This document shows, in pieces, positions 23,774-24,000 of a stretch of DNA of 24,000 nucleotides. A model generated the notes under the pieces. That model saw nothing but the letters and a program-made list of their open reading frames with translations. It did not search any database and was not told where the DNA came from. Position numbers and translations under genes: made by a program. Each line of letters begins with the position of its first letter. Position 1 is the stretch's first letter. The stretch is from Ferruginibacter sp. (GTDB lineage Bacteria > Bacteroidota > Bacteroidia > Chitinophagales > Chitinophagaceae). The stretch lies in NCBI GenBank assembly GCA_031380515.1, contig JANNGD010000156.1:24677-48676 (forward strand). The letters are read 5' to 3'.

Positions 23774-23847
23774 AATAACAACATTGCAATTACACTCATT
23801 ATCATTGCCATCCAGTCGAGCCCATAATATTTGAATAATTCTGTCAT
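23608..23847 (-). CDS. 79-aa three-TM protein resembling a single repeat of PnuC-type (NMN_transporter family) vitamin transporters
   Basis: SVIAMLLLGNKVKWGFVSFMFANIAWIALGVALLHSYAIVIGNCIFLITNTRGFIKW compared with E. coli PnuC repeat 2 as I recall it (SIVAMILMTRKYVENWLLWVIINVISVVIFALQGVYAMSLEYIILTFIALNGSRMW). ATG start, TAA stop, 10 nt after the upstream gene's stop. Confidence 0.6.
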   Translation of the reverse strand: MTELFKYYGLDWMAMIMSVIAMLLLGNKVKWGFVSFMFANIAWIALGVALLHSYAIVIGNCIFLITNTRGFIKWNQTKK

Positions 23848-23857
23848 TTTGTAAGTA

Positions 23858-24000
23858 TTATAATTTGCTTAATGCTTTTATTATTTCTTCCGGCACTGCC
23901 CTTTTGCGATAGTCTGGCTCTACGTACCCATAGCGGATGGTAAAATCCTGGTCTATGATATACGTTGCTGGAATAGGAAGTTCATTTGTGGGTACGCCAT
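23858..24000 (-). CDS. Peroxiredoxin-like / AhpC-TSA (redoxin) family protein, C-terminal 46 aa only (5' part outside window)
   Basis: Open minus-strand frame from the window edge: GVPTNELPIPATYIIDQDFTIRYGYVEPDYRKRAVPEEIIKALSKL, TAA at 23858..23860. The PATYIID.D.TIRY..V..DY..R pattern is typical of the C-terminus of peroxiredoxin-like proteins. Confidence 0.6.
   Translation of the reverse strand, partial: GVPTNELPIPATYIIDQDFTIRYGYVEPDYRKRAVPEEIIKALSKL

Noticed and set aside
1-24000. Search for CRISPR arrays, tRNA/rRNA genes, integrases/transposases, toxin-antitoxin pairs or known phage-defence genes
   Set aside because: I found no regularly spaced repeats, no cloverleaf-like conserved tRNA strings, no recombinase or nuclease/ATPase/helicase-type defence motifs in any long ORF, and no abrupt compositional island. 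The window reads as chromosomal stress and redox content rather than a defence or mobile island.

Overview
AT-rich (roughly one-third GC by eye) chromosomal window with Bacteroidota hallmarks: an Omp28-related lipoprotein, a DUF6029-type outer-membrane barrel and Bacteroidota-style signal and lipoprotein peptides. I count about 31 protein-coding genes, all but one on the minus strand, packed into a few long co-directional arrays. I saw no rRNA, tRNA, CRISPR array, intact mobile element or recognisable phage-defence gene. All family calls come from motif recognition by eye; no search was run. Layout: (i) 1-3.4 kb holds two paralogous secreted proteins of unknown function, the shorter one broken at an A10 run. 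(ii) 4.1-10.4 kb is an envelope thiol-redox block: DUF1223, a YHS-domain protein, an ECF sigma with a soluble zinc-type (ZAS) anti-sigma, a TlpA-like thioredoxin, a large OM barrel and an Omp28-related CxxC lipoprotein. (iii) 10.9-15.9 kb is a near-contiguous eight-gene array: DoxX, DinB, OM barrel, NRDE/TANGO2-like, small TM protein, stand-alone CoaB, multi-pass membrane protein, membrane-anchored ATP-grasp ligase. (iv) 16-24 kb is an oxidant, reactive-chlorine and electrophile block: a second YHS protein, two tandem AraC regulators, DUF1348, an AhpD-like protein, a short-clade chlorite dismutase, a nitrilase, an Old Yellow Enzyme, a DUF417/RclC-like protein, two copies of a 3-TM PnuC-repeat-like mini-protein and a peroxiredoxin-like gene. 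Main hunting results: (a) The bipartite element TGTAAGG-N13-CCCGACT occurs identically upstream of two operons. TGTAAGG also forms both arms of the palindrome in the TlpA/Omp28 divergent promoter, which suggests one regulon for the resident ECF sigma. (b) The anti-sigma has Cys11/His37/Cys41/Cys44, the same ligand positions as the redox sensor RsrA. (c) The eight-gene array links a TANGO2-family protein to a CoaB lacking CoaC and to an ATP-grasp ligase; this is my best candidate for an undescribed system, possibly a thiol or pantetheine-type pathway, and that reading is speculative. (d) Three genes carry single-site disruptions: one homopolymer frameshift and two in-frame TAG codons. (e) A diverged direct repeat spaced 780 bp apart flanks the DUF417 gene.
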